Source: a virus. Taken from it: a stretch of DNA of 64,000 nt. This document shows, one piece after another, positions 40,601-47,069 of this stretch. The DNA lies in IMG/VR virus record IMGVR_UViG_3300013132_000021; one strand, given 5' to 3'. The notes under the pieces are model-generated. The model had not been told where the DNA came from. It did no database searches and worked only from the letters and a program-made list of their open reading frames with translations. Within the stretch, counting starts at the first letter, position 1; the number at the start of each line of letters is the position of its first letter. A program made the translations under genes and the position numbers.

Positions 40601-42394
40601 CCTATTAACAATGCAGTAATAGAAATTATCTCTATAGGTGTAGGTGGAATAGGTATATTATCTTCAGACATATTCGTTGCCGATGGAGCTACCAACTTAT
40701 TCCTAACAGATGCTAACTATAACGACACAGCATTAATATTTGTTAGTGTAAATGGTGAGCCCAAAGATACTGGGTTTATAGACAGTACCGGAGTCACAGA
40801 TATTCCGGGAAAAACTCTAGTAGAATTCGGAATAATTCCACCAGCGGATGCAGTAATAAAAATAATAAGTCTTCAAGCCAGTGCAGACGTAGATAGTTCG
40901 GGGGTGTCTGTGGTGCAGGTCAACACTCAAACGATGTATTTTGAAGGTAGTACAAGAAGTTTTGATCTTGAAGGGTTTGTAGAGATATCTAGGGGATCAG
41001 CACCTAATTCAATGTTAGTAGAAGTAGATGGACAATATCTCAGAGGTGCAGATACAATCTATGTGAAATATGACGGAACTAACAACACGTTTATTCTAGG
41101 TCAAGATCCTTTAGAAGCATCCGGAGCTATTCTACCCAGCAATATTAGAGTATATGTTAATAACCAATTGAAAACTTTTATCACGGAATATACCTATAAC
41201 GCTGCTACGAAAGAATTAGTAATTATACCGACTGTTCTCAATGAAGGAGATCAAATAAAAATTGAAAATAATCGTAGGGCAGAATATTCTATAGTTGATT
41301 CTAATCTTGTAATAGATTCTGGTGTTTCTATGATTACTACCAACGAAACAGATAATGTAGAAATAAATGTTACATGGTTCAGCGAATATGCTTCATTGGA
41401 TATGATATCGGATGAAATTGTAGGCGGCAAGGTACAGTATCAATTACCCCGTGCTCCTATATCTGCTAGTTATGTTTGGGTATATAAGAATGGAACCCGC
41501 CTTACCCAGGATCAAGATTACTATGTCAATATACCTAGAAATGTAGTTTATCTGGTTGCAGATTCAACCTTTAATGATCAGATCAAGATTGTGTTATTTT
41601 CATCAGACATTTATCGATCACCTAGTGCTTTTGAAATCCATAAAGATATGTTGAATGTATATCATTATAATAGATTTTCTAGAGGTGAAGTGACACTGTC
41701 CTCAACACTAAACTATTATGATACTGCTATTACAGTCACTGACGGTTCAAAACTAACCGAACCAATTACTTCAAGGAACATTCCGGGAATTATAAATGTA
41801 GAGGGCGAAAGAATAGAATATATGAGTAAAGTTGGGAATGTTCTATCACAGCTAAGAAGAGGTTCTCAAGGCACAGCTATTGCAGAAATTTACTCTGCGG
41901 GAACCGCGGTTATCGATGTAGGCTACGAAGAAGTGTTGCCCTACAATGAAACACAGCAAAGAACAGATTTCTATAGTGACGGTAGTTCACTATTAGTTGG
42001 GCCTTTAGATTTTGTGCCTATACAGGGTGTGAGATCTTCATGGTACAGAGAAACTGTGCCTAGTTCTTACAGTGCCTGTGATCAAATTGAGGTGTTTGCG
42101 GGAGGTCGCAGACTGCGTAAAGATCCTGTTGCAGTATGGGTAGAAGACAACGGAGCCTACAGTCCAGAAGCCGATGAAATACTAGAGGCAGAATTTGCGG
42201 TGGACGGTATCACTGCTTATATTAGGCTCACAGCACCATTGGCCGCAGGTACAAGGGTCACTGTAATTAAAAGAACAGGCAGAATATGGTACGATAGAGG
42301 AGAAACCTCAGCGTCTAGTGGCCAAACATTGCTGGATAATTCAACGGCTGTAGCAAGATTCATAGCGGAGAAGACTACAGTTTTACCTCGATAA
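28616..42394 (+). CDS. Giant (~4592 aa) baseplate/virion structural protein at the gp7 position, with FG-GAP-like propeller repeats and CBM5/12-like modules
   Basis: Single 13.8-kb ORF after gp6; likely start ATG 28616, 1 nt after the gp6 stop; repeats described in findings. Confidence 0.85.
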   Translation: MSDKFFPFSKLPIRKSVELLPKVFQTEANDKFLAGVVDPLVQPGLLDKITGYVGRRFGKTYNGNDLYLDTDATLRSAYQLEPGVIYRNQDKIENFYDYIDFKNQLKFFGNTDERDDKLTSQEHYAWNPPIAWDKFINYREYYWVPSGPPSVSIYGQSATVNSTYKVVLSTTANSFVFTPDAYTNNPTLTLYRGQTYKFKVNAPGEGFSIRTNYDTGSLIFKPNHPYLAGNLAVYDSKLYRARRDINPADGSSITLDSEDWEYLEPAASGSALEYKKGVINNGTENGTVTFTVPYDAPDTLYYQGLITPDTFGRFVIADIESNTYLNVDKDMVGKSEYTSSTGITLSNGMVVKFQGTVIPEKYSQETWVVEGVGKAITLTKFSDLIVPVLTATVPEVLFDNAGFDTEPFDDATAYPTFKDYITIARDSIDSNPWSRYNRWFHRSVLETAYTLRGEDFPAEESTRAKRPIIEFSANLQLFNHGSAAKQTVDYLDDYTTDVLSRIEGSTGYNVDGEFLFEGARILVIADTDRLTNNKIYEVKFIRHINTTQIHLVETEDSDSILGQGVLVRRGSKNGGKMFHYNGTNWIPSQAKTSVNQAPRFDVFDSAGVSFSDIEKYTTSTFTGTKIISYKLGSGRIDTELGFSLSYLNINNVGDIEFNFDWDSDIAEYTEIRTPKRVKISTGYYKFNPDEVYANNWLLAGSEFMQPIVDSQLVIRDTNTLTFDTIDWSALKTDPIINIYINGTKYAGMYTRTENIFEFPLTLSAKDAVVLKVITDLDPDQGYYEIPAGLEKNPFNTALTSFTLGQAVDHIVSAVEFDSEVTGNIPGVSNLRDSDGYQKHAKRFLKHSGIAPLAIMTLCDKTHNVIKSIQYVKKAYTDFKNNFAARAVEIDYNNSVPDFVDDVINSLAKNKTAVSPFADSDMLGAGAYTAITYTVEDVGIKTFSLTEKFDLTSLSKRAVYVYLNGIQLLNARDYSFNSTFGFVQLSVPLEENDLVEIREYVSTATSHIPPTPTSMGLYKKYTPMRFIDDTYQEPREVIQGHDGSITAAYGDFRDDLLLELEYRIYNNIKQEYDSSIFDIDSILGGYYGVGLYTKPQLDNIVNQEFLKWIQNTNINYTLNTYFDSENSFTYTYSRMSDPLKTQTLPGYWRGVYKWFYDTDRPHRCPWEMLGFSQEPTWWQSQYGAAPYTRNNLLLWEDLENGHIRQGNRAGRHDRYKRPGLLNHIPVDGDGVLLSPLDSGLAQDFSLINNRGPFVLGDIGPAEHAWRSSSEWPFAVVMAMCLMKPFEFITDNFDRSRTTTNVLGQTVNAATSLFSTLGEIAPTTLSDSYIGLLKYIVAYVKSRGISQDSIVEKINNLDVSLSFRMSGFVDQQQQRFLLDSKNPSATTSSIYVPAENYDIIFNVGAPVATVAISGVIFEKTQGGWIATGYDDIHPYFEYHQALPSQRDPVISIGGVSETFLDWTLDKNYNNGTLVRYSNDFYRALRTHNSGNTFDKSVWQKLSDIPKIGAVEAQRRRTFNTLAVKRVSYGTLFTTVQQVVDFLLGYESYLKSLGFIFDRYDPVNQVSQNWLSSAKEFMFWTKHNWELGSLIAISPMAEKVDVEVPVGVADNILDGFYDYQVLKGDGKPLEPRFINVNRSFQKITVETTNTDEGVFFLKLNYVLKEHVTVFDDRTVFNDIIYDKTTGYRQGRIKVQGFRTVDWDGDYTSPGFLFDNVNIQTWQPFQDYRLGDIVSYKSFNWTSLRNQLGSETFNDSVWNKLDSTPQKQLIPNFDYKIKQFSDYFETSSEGTNQSQRALARHTIGYQQRDYLNNLAEDPVSQFQLYQGFIREKGSANAITKIFGKLSRSGSDSVTLNEEWAFLLSRIGGTDQLTEIEIQIEKNKIKFNSQVLTIESGVRGVVQDLNYKININDFTVPPIPYVTNINPTSLEIDPSFTAGYVYENQYEHVVATQTALTTLDISTVKENDHIWITFYRDSWTVLRANQAEMLSVITVEKFDDTTVTITFNRPHVFLVDTYVGFRNIVNLQGFFKIITVTNTTVSIEIDADNEDPEIDSSTIVNPTILTESRFDNYQIIDRGTSALLYNGARLFIDNNGNDLWEVIEKQKQYTANSITDYATTSPINAGKKVIYDTVNSQLLVSIPGSGIVNVYAESSTGLVLKQIISPPNGFFANALGSFGNAMALSPDGKVLIVGAAEASGVASAFRGPWATDQFYQQDEIVLYGGRLFKAKNANTVVGDGSSELAVNTDDWELATIIPALESGVNTGLYQQGMVAVYTYANGRFSNTAAFVSPRPADNEKFGSEITLSVSGSSYYMAVSATGSYNNTGRVYLFKLNGTAWSHLENPMYKGVYDLQESYKAGEIVWQAAQDPVAEAVRGNLWMNLEDSTSDGSTITIESQGWLKVSDISTNCSLPTTLSVEDDGSTLEFAVTGLLNETQMAELVKQGDKFGSSMAMNGDGSILVIGAPDADGQYFANYRGLWRGDVEYVEGEVVRFKDLTAPGDSYQYYRLGDAFLGADSTYRSYNEDPSDSANWQVVGDSTTQSSGKVWVYARTAGDVYELKQMINAASISSFSDIDSGLVISTGDQFGFAMDMDLTGNTLVVSSPRSDINYQDQGSVYVLELDSNITEYRVKQRLESFETYPNEYFGYGVSVSPDSAKIAVGARNASNDIAITFDILLGTIFDLGTTRFSSAQGYTGGVYIFDKKDQIFFLTEKLQEVFSPDEAFGSSVDCVGSYVAVGSPYYRAPVLDSEGELTYEGSYIGNARLFKKDSTLSSWNILNTQQPVVDTRKIRSIEFYDNVQNIKIQDLDFIDSAKGKILNSAEQEIKFKTPYDPAVYTIGTDQVVTDPAIAWYESNVGKLWWNIAAAKWIYAEQGDTAFRTGNWNQLAKGSDIAVYEWIQSVLLPNEWAAVADTNEGLAQGISGQPLYPNNDVYSVKQSLNPTTGQVQETLYFYWVENKTVVPANMADRTKSASEVASIIANPVGTGTSFIALIASDKFVLYNAKSVMSSDTALINIKYRNDLESLRPIHSEYQLLTESVADSVPTLQLENKWIDSLVGTDTQGNRVPDTALPTKQKYGINFRPRQSMFVDRLTALELAIININEVLTNQPFADLIDFTNLNAKDPAPAEILNLYDVTVNTEIDLQTVGTVRTKQAVLRANLVDGELDTVDIVNSGFGYRVVPPVEVEGDGQGAKIAVTLDNQGRIATVTVLDRGKRYRTLLAKVRNFSVLVLNDSTIDNFWSVYAWDDVRKVFFRSQSQAYDTTKYWNTVDWYLSGYNQDSPITREILSVFQEPQYQISPGELIRVKEYGAGGWAIFEKINNTGTTFSDRFKLVARQDGTLQLKSSLFDTTVAGIGFDNTQSFDNTTYDISNAIELRNILQAVKKDIFVADYATEWNKLFFSSIRYALSEQQYVDWVFKTSFLNATHSVGSFEQKLNYKNDNLESYQQYIDEVKPFRTTVREYVSRYNTPEPYQSAIADFDLAPNFSVVDGKVVPITFDRAELTQFPWKWWADNNGYSVTEILLYDYGTLYTTVPRVVIEGNGSGATAQAYISNGRVSGIKMLTLGSGYTQKPTVTLVGGNSNDGTQARATAVLGNTKIRTFNLTVKFDRVSKTGDYQSYTQNQTFTATGSTAVFELGYAPTRDKTKISIFRNNQLVLNSEYTISLYYLATDNYSLLRGKITFNTAPVSGDVITVNYEKNIELLSAVNRIDRFYTPVSGMVGKELNQLMTGIDFGGVQIQGTTFEVTGGWDALPWFTDNWDSVESASDFYIVHDGSTNTVTLPYIPAAGQEINIYIKRAGETRVVRIDDPAYNDQIDSSTSANPNAEMPTFIGDGVNNVVEIGDYLSTQSGDTLIFRPVESDGSVTITDDNLLDTKLSGGTLSAIDNIYVTARGTTAEEIAITGGKFIEPDHVPAPEENLPGQVMDSVSIRVFQSTPTGSAALQSKIVKGNGIDTDFDIGQPIVENNSVIVYVNKVKKYLGVDYTLDLVQNRVEFNTVPINNAVIEIISIGVGGIGILSSDIFVADGATNLFLTDANYNDTALIFVSVNGEPKDTGFIDSTGVTDIPGKTLVEFGIIPPADAVIKIISLQASADVDSSGVSVVQVNTQTMYFEGSTRSFDLEGFVEISRGSAPNSMLVEVDGQYLRGADTIYVKYDGTNNTFILGQDPLEASGAILPSNIRVYVNNQLKTFITEYTYNAATKELVIIPTVLNEGDQIKIENNRRAEYSIVDSNLVIDSGVSMITTNETDNVEINVTWFSEYASLDMISDEIVGGKVQYQLPRAPISASYVWVYKNGTRLTQDQDYYVNIPRNVVYLVADSTFNDQIKIVLFSSDIYRSPSAFEIHKDMLNVYHYNRFSRGEVTLSSTLNYYDTAITVTDGSKLTEPITSRNIPGIINVEGERIEYMSKVGNVLSQLRRGSQGTAIAEIYSAGTAVIDVGYEEVLPYNETQQRTDFYSDGSSLLVGPLDFVPIQGVRSSWYRETVPSSYSACDQIEVFAGGRRLRKDPVAVWVEDNGAYSPEADEILEAEFAVDGITAYIRLTAPLAAGTRVTVIKRTGRIWYDRGETSASSGQTLLDNSTAVARFIAEKTTVLPR

Positions 42395-42398
42395 ATAC

Positions 42399-43070
42399 AT
42401 GATGAATTCAACAGAGAACAAAATGTCAGAAAATCAATCAAAAATCTCCGAGATCCCCCAGGCTCGACCAAATGAAACGGGCGGTTTCCATTTTGAAGGA
42501 CACATTAAGATCTTTGATCCTAACACCAAAGAAGTGTTCATTGATAAACGTAACGCTATCCATTATGAAAATATGAGTGTGGCCATGGTACAGAGTCTTA
42601 GCAATCAAGGTCAGGGAACAATCTATCAAATGGCGTTTGGTTCTGGAGGCACAATCGTTGATCCAACTGGTCTGATTACATATCTAACACCAAATACTAT
42701 AGGAGTTAACTCTAGTTTATACAACCAAACCTATGTGAAAGTTGTAGATCAAAACGCTATCGAAAACACAGACCCTGCTAGAAATCTCATGCAGGTAAGA
42801 CATATCAGTGGCGCTACTTACAGTGATATTTTAATCAGTTGTTTACTAGACTATGGAGAACCTCTAGAACAACAAGCCTTTGATAACTCAGTCGATATGA
42901 ATGGAAATTTCGTTTTTGACGAATTAGGATTAATCAGCTACAACCCTAGTGGCACAGGAAAACTACTGACGCATGTGATATTTCATCCGGTGCAAAAAAG
43001 TTTAAACAGACTGTTACAGATCGATTATACGATCCGTGTACAGAGCTTGACCGGTTTCACAGAGGTATAA
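42399..43070 (+). CDS. Baseplate/virion structural protein (start 42399, 42402 or 42423)
   Basis: ATAAATA at 42391-42397; between giant protein and fibre genes; FDELGL and IFHPVQKS beta-rich pattern. Confidence 0.75.
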   Translation: MMNSTENKMSENQSKISEIPQARPNETGGFHFEGHIKIFDPNTKEVFIDKRNAIHYENMSVAMVQSLSNQGQGTIYQMAFGSGGTIVDPTGLITYLTPNTIGVNSSLYNQTYVKVVDQNAIENTDPARNLMQVRHISGATYSDILISCLLDYGEPLEQQAFDNSVDMNGNFVFDELGLISYNPSGTGKLLTHVIFHPVQKSLNRLLQIDYTIRVQSLTGFTEV

Positions 43071-43073
43071 TAG

Positions 43074-45185
43074 ATGCCATATTCAGTTAATTTTACAGAT
43101 AAAGAAAACAAAACACCAATAACGGTGTTTGATAATACTTCCAGCACAGACACCAGTCTAAAATTTCCAGGTAGGAATGTCACAGGATATGGACAGATTA
43201 TCGCAGAAAACTTTTTGGCTCTATTAGAAAATTTCGCTTCTGCTGACGAACCAATAAATCCTATAGAAGGACAGTTGTGGTATAATAGTACAGACGGAAT
43301 TCTTCAGATCTGGGATAACACTGCATGGAAAGCAGCCTCCGGCATACAAAAAGGTGTAAGTGAACCCTCAATACAAACTAGTAAAGTTGGTGAACTATGG
43401 GTCGACACTACAAATCAACAGCTACGTATTTTCACAGGTACACGCTGGATTTTAGTAGGACCAACAGAAAGCTCTGTGGACGGATTACGATACGGACCTG
43501 TAGTAGAAAAGATCGCCGACTCTGATAACATTGACAGATTTGTTCTTACGTTTTACATTGCAGACATACCAGTAATTATTTTTAGTAAAGATAGTTTTAC
43601 TCCTAAGACTATAATATCTGGATTTAATATTATTCGTTCCGGTATTAATATATCTGATCCTAGTACCGCACCTGAGATAGCAGCATTCGTTGGAGGTTTT
43701 GAACCGATAATGTTTGGTACAGCCACTCGAGCTAACGCATTAAATGTCGGAGGTATCGAAGTTGATTCCGGCAAGTTTTTGAGATCGGATACAATTAATA
43801 CTACGGATTTTGCATTTAACATTAGAAATAACAACGGAATCACTGTTGGAATTGATGGAACATTTAACATTGGTACTTCTGCTACCGCAGCAAAAATATA
43901 TAACAGTGCTGCTGGTAGTTCGATTGACATTCAAACTAATCGTGACGGAATTCCATCTACGATTTTAAAAATCGTAGACAACAGAGTGGGTATTAATCAG
44001 GCTTCTCCTAGTCAGGCATTAGACATTGATGGTAGTCTTACACTTACAGGCTCCGTTATTGTTACAAACAACACTGCTAGCACCAATTTGAATAATGGAA
44101 GTTTCAGAACAGCAGGCGGTGCCGCAATTACAAAAAATCTCATAGTAGGAGACGGTGTTGACATCACTGGAACTACACAGCTCAATAACCTGCAACCTAA
44201 AACGACTGATTTGTATGATTTAGGCACAGGCCTGAAACGTTGGAAAACTGTCACAGCCAAAACAGTTATAGCAGATACTATAGAAGGCGTATTATCCGGA
44301 AATATCAGCGGTAACGCTAATACCGCTACTAGTCTCACGAATGTAACTAGTTTTCAACTGGCAGGTGATGTGACCAGTCCAGCTGTGCAATTTGATGGGC
44401 AGGTAGGCAGTTACACCAAAATATTTAATACCACCTTAACTGCTAATATTATTGTAGACAAAAATCAACCTTTTCCAAACGTATCTAAATCCACAGACTT
44501 TGTGCTTGTTTACAGAGCAAGTGATGCAGCCCTAGCATCATCGGGATTATTAAAACAAACTAGAGACACCTTCGTAGGAGATTTAGGCATTCCTATTGGT
44601 GGTATTATTCCTTACGCTGGAGCAACTGCTCCCTATGGATTTTTATTCTGTGACGGTTCTGAGATTGAAAGACCAAAATTTTCTGTATTGTTTGACATCA
44701 TAGGCAGTACATATAATGGAGCAACACCGTTGGTCGGTGTAAACACTTTTAGATTACCAGACCTACGAGGTAGATTTCCACTTGGTAGAGACAACATGGA
44801 TAATGCAGGAACAGTTCCTATAAGTGCGGGCGGATTTGTAGATTCGGGCGGCGGTACTGCAGGTAGGGTATCTGACATACAGGCCACTACCACAGGCGGT
44901 TCTGCAGGTTCAAGTTCGGCTACGCTTACATTGGCAAACTTACCAGAACACAGTCATACACTTAGTTCCGGAGCACAAGATTACTCAGCTATAGCAGTGA
45001 CCACAACTATCGATCCAGCTGCAACTACGGGACTTGGACCAACTGCGCCTGGTCAAGCACAGTATCTCAAAGATTCAGGAGGAATCAAAAAGCCGGCTCT
45101 GACTACACTGAGTACTCCGGTAGGCATCATGAATCCATTTCTAACAATAAATTATATTATTAGATCTGGTCCACCGTTATTTTAA
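43074..45185 (+). CDS. Tail fibre protein with phage tail collar domain (short-fibre-like)
   Basis: PIGGIIPYAG..APYGFLFCDG..LFDIIG.TY..FRLPDLRGRFP collar motif; PFLTINYII end; shared N-terminal module. Confidence 0.85.
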   Translation: MPYSVNFTDKENKTPITVFDNTSSTDTSLKFPGRNVTGYGQIIAENFLALLENFASADEPINPIEGQLWYNSTDGILQIWDNTAWKAASGIQKGVSEPSIQTSKVGELWVDTTNQQLRIFTGTRWILVGPTESSVDGLRYGPVVEKIADSDNIDRFVLTFYIADIPVIIFSKDSFTPKTIISGFNIIRSGINISDPSTAPEIAAFVGGFEPIMFGTATRANALNVGGIEVDSGKFLRSDTINTTDFAFNIRNNNGITVGIDGTFNIGTSATAAKIYNSAAGSSIDIQTNRDGIPSTILKIVDNRVGINQASPSQALDIDGSLTLTGSVIVTNNTASTNLNNGSFRTAGGAAITKNLIVGDGVDITGTTQLNNLQPKTTDLYDLGTGLKRWKTVTAKTVIADTIEGVLSGNISGNANTATSLTNVTSFQLAGDVTSPAVQFDGQVGSYTKIFNTTLTANIIVDKNQPFPNVSKSTDFVLVYRASDAALASSGLLKQTRDTFVGDLGIPIGGIIPYAGATAPYGFLFCDGSEIERPKFSVLFDIIGSTYNGATPLVGVNTFRLPDLRGRFPLGRDNMDNAGTVPISAGGFVDSGGGTAGRVSDIQATTTGGSAGSSSATLTLANLPEHSHTLSSGAQDYSAIAVTTTIDPAATTGLGPTAPGQAQYLKDSGGIKKPALTTLSTPVGIMNPFLTINYIIRSGPPLF

Positions 45186-45198
45186 TTAGAGAACAAGA

Positions 45199-47049
45199 AT
45201 GGCATACCAAATAAACAAAACGGACGGAACTATTATAGCAACAGTGGCAGATGGTCAGGTAGACACCCTATCCACAGACATCACACTGATAGGTAAAAAT
45301 TACAGTGGCTTTGGCGAAGCATTGAATGAAAATCTAGTAAAAATACTAGAAAATTTTGCCAGCACCACAGCACCCTTGCATCCACTAAAAGGTCAGGTTT
45401 GGTTTGATAATGCAGAAAATAAGTTGAAAGTTTATAATGGCTCAACATTTATTCCTGTTAGTTCTGCAACTATTTCTAGCACACAACCTGCTACCTTATC
45501 TATAGGCGATTTATGGTTTGATGATGTAGGAGCTCAGTTGTATTTCTTCGACGGGAATCAACCTATATTAATAGGACCAGCATATTCAACAGCACAGGGT
45601 AAAAGCGGATTAGAGGTTGACAGCATATTAGATACTCTGAATCAAACCAAAGTAATAACATATCTTTATAATAATGGTATATTATTAGGAATCTTTTCTA
45701 AAGACAGTTTTACACCTAAAATTTCTATTATTGGATTTAGCGGTAGCATAGAGCCTGGATTCAACGCAGGAACATTGGCTGGTATAAAGTTTCGAGTAAC
45801 CTGTACTAATTCAGAACAATTAGGAGGCACAGTAGCTACAACATATGCTAGACGAGATTCAGCTAACACGTTTAGCGGACAATTAAGTATAAACGTAGAT
45901 GCAGGTCTAGTAATAGGCTCGGGTAATCAGATGAATCTTTTAGTGAGCTCGGGAGATATTGAAGTATCAAATTTTGCCAGCGACAAAGATCTATTTCTTA
46001 AAGTTAGAAAAGGTATTGATCAAGAAACTGCGGTATCTATAGATTCAAGCACACGGACAGTTGGAATATATTCAGGATTTCCGACTAGCACAGTAAATGT
46101 CGGCGGAAGTCTAGTAGTTACAGGCGATCTAACAGTAGAAGGTACAACTACCACAATCAACACCGCTAATGTAACTATCGAAGATAAACTACTGACATTG
46201 GCCAATGTAGCAGCGCCTAGTGAAACCACAGCCACAGGAGCTGGAATAAAAATAAGATCCACTGGTGCAGATTCATCTGCCTACGACAAAGAAATCATAT
46301 ATAGAAGCACAAGTGAGGGACCTCCTCCTACTGGGGTATTCGATGTCAGCGAGGACCTTAACCTAGCCGCAGGCAAACAGTTGCAGATAGGCGGAGTCAA
46401 AGTCATTGATGGCAACAGTCTGGGAAGTTCAATAACCAGTATTCCGGGAGTTACAGCATTTGGCACACAGAATGTCGTAAACATCGGTCCCGGTGCGCCA
46501 CCAGTAACACAGATGCGTTTAGAAAACCATAGGATCAGCACGGTGTCAACAAACTTTGACATCGAGCTTGAACCCGACGGCACAGGAAATGTTGCGTTAA
46601 TAGGTTCGCCGAGAATCACGGGCATGCAGGATCCAGTAGGTCAACAGGACGCCGCTACCAAAGAATATGTGGACGATACCATAGAGCTGCGCCCACTGAT
46701 ATTCAGTATGGATCTGTCTGATGGAAAATCTAACACATATATAATCACCAACGTACTAAACAATCTTGCACCCGTCGCTGAATTTAGGAATGGCACTTAT
46801 GCAAGGATATTGTGTACTTTGATCAATCCTTCCAGCACTACGTTGTCCATCAATGCACTGCCTCCTGGCATCAGTACAAATCCTTTCTTGACTGATCTAT
46901 CAGGAAGCAGTGCTTTAGCTATTACTAGTATCTCGTTTCCTACAGCTACTATTGCAGCAGCAAGTATTTCAACAACTAGAATTATAAAAACGTTTCAAAT
47001 TGTGGCCAGCGTTTGGACATGGCAGTCAGATTTAAGTTTACCACCATAA
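45199..47049 (+). CDS. Tail fibre/baseplate-attached protein, paralog 2
   Basis: Shared N-terminus (LIGKNYSGFGE..NEN...LENFA, GQVWFD); DAATKEYVD motif. Confidence 0.8.
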   Translation: MAYQINKTDGTIIATVADGQVDTLSTDITLIGKNYSGFGEALNENLVKILENFASTTAPLHPLKGQVWFDNAENKLKVYNGSTFIPVSSATISSTQPATLSIGDLWFDDVGAQLYFFDGNQPILIGPAYSTAQGKSGLEVDSILDTLNQTKVITYLYNNGILLGIFSKDSFTPKISIIGFSGSIEPGFNAGTLAGIKFRVTCTNSEQLGGTVATTYARRDSANTFSGQLSINVDAGLVIGSGNQMNLLVSSGDIEVSNFASDKDLFLKVRKGIDQETAVSIDSSTRTVGIYSGFPTSTVNVGGSLVVTGDLTVEGTTTTINTANVTIEDKLLTLANVAAPSETTATGAGIKIRSTGADSSAYDKEIIYRSTSEGPPPTGVFDVSEDLNLAAGKQLQIGGVKVIDGNSLGSSITSIPGVTAFGTQNVVNIGPGAPPVTQMRLENHRISTVSTNFDIELEPDGTGNVALIGSPRITGMQDPVGQQDAATKEYVDDTIELRPLIFSMDLSDGKSNTYIITNVLNNLAPVAEFRNGTYARILCTLINPSSTTLSINALPPGISTNPFLTDLSGSSALAITSISFPTATIAAASISTTRIIKTFQIVASVWTWQSDLSLPP

Positions 47050-47069
47050 TGAATACAGGAGCGCAATAA

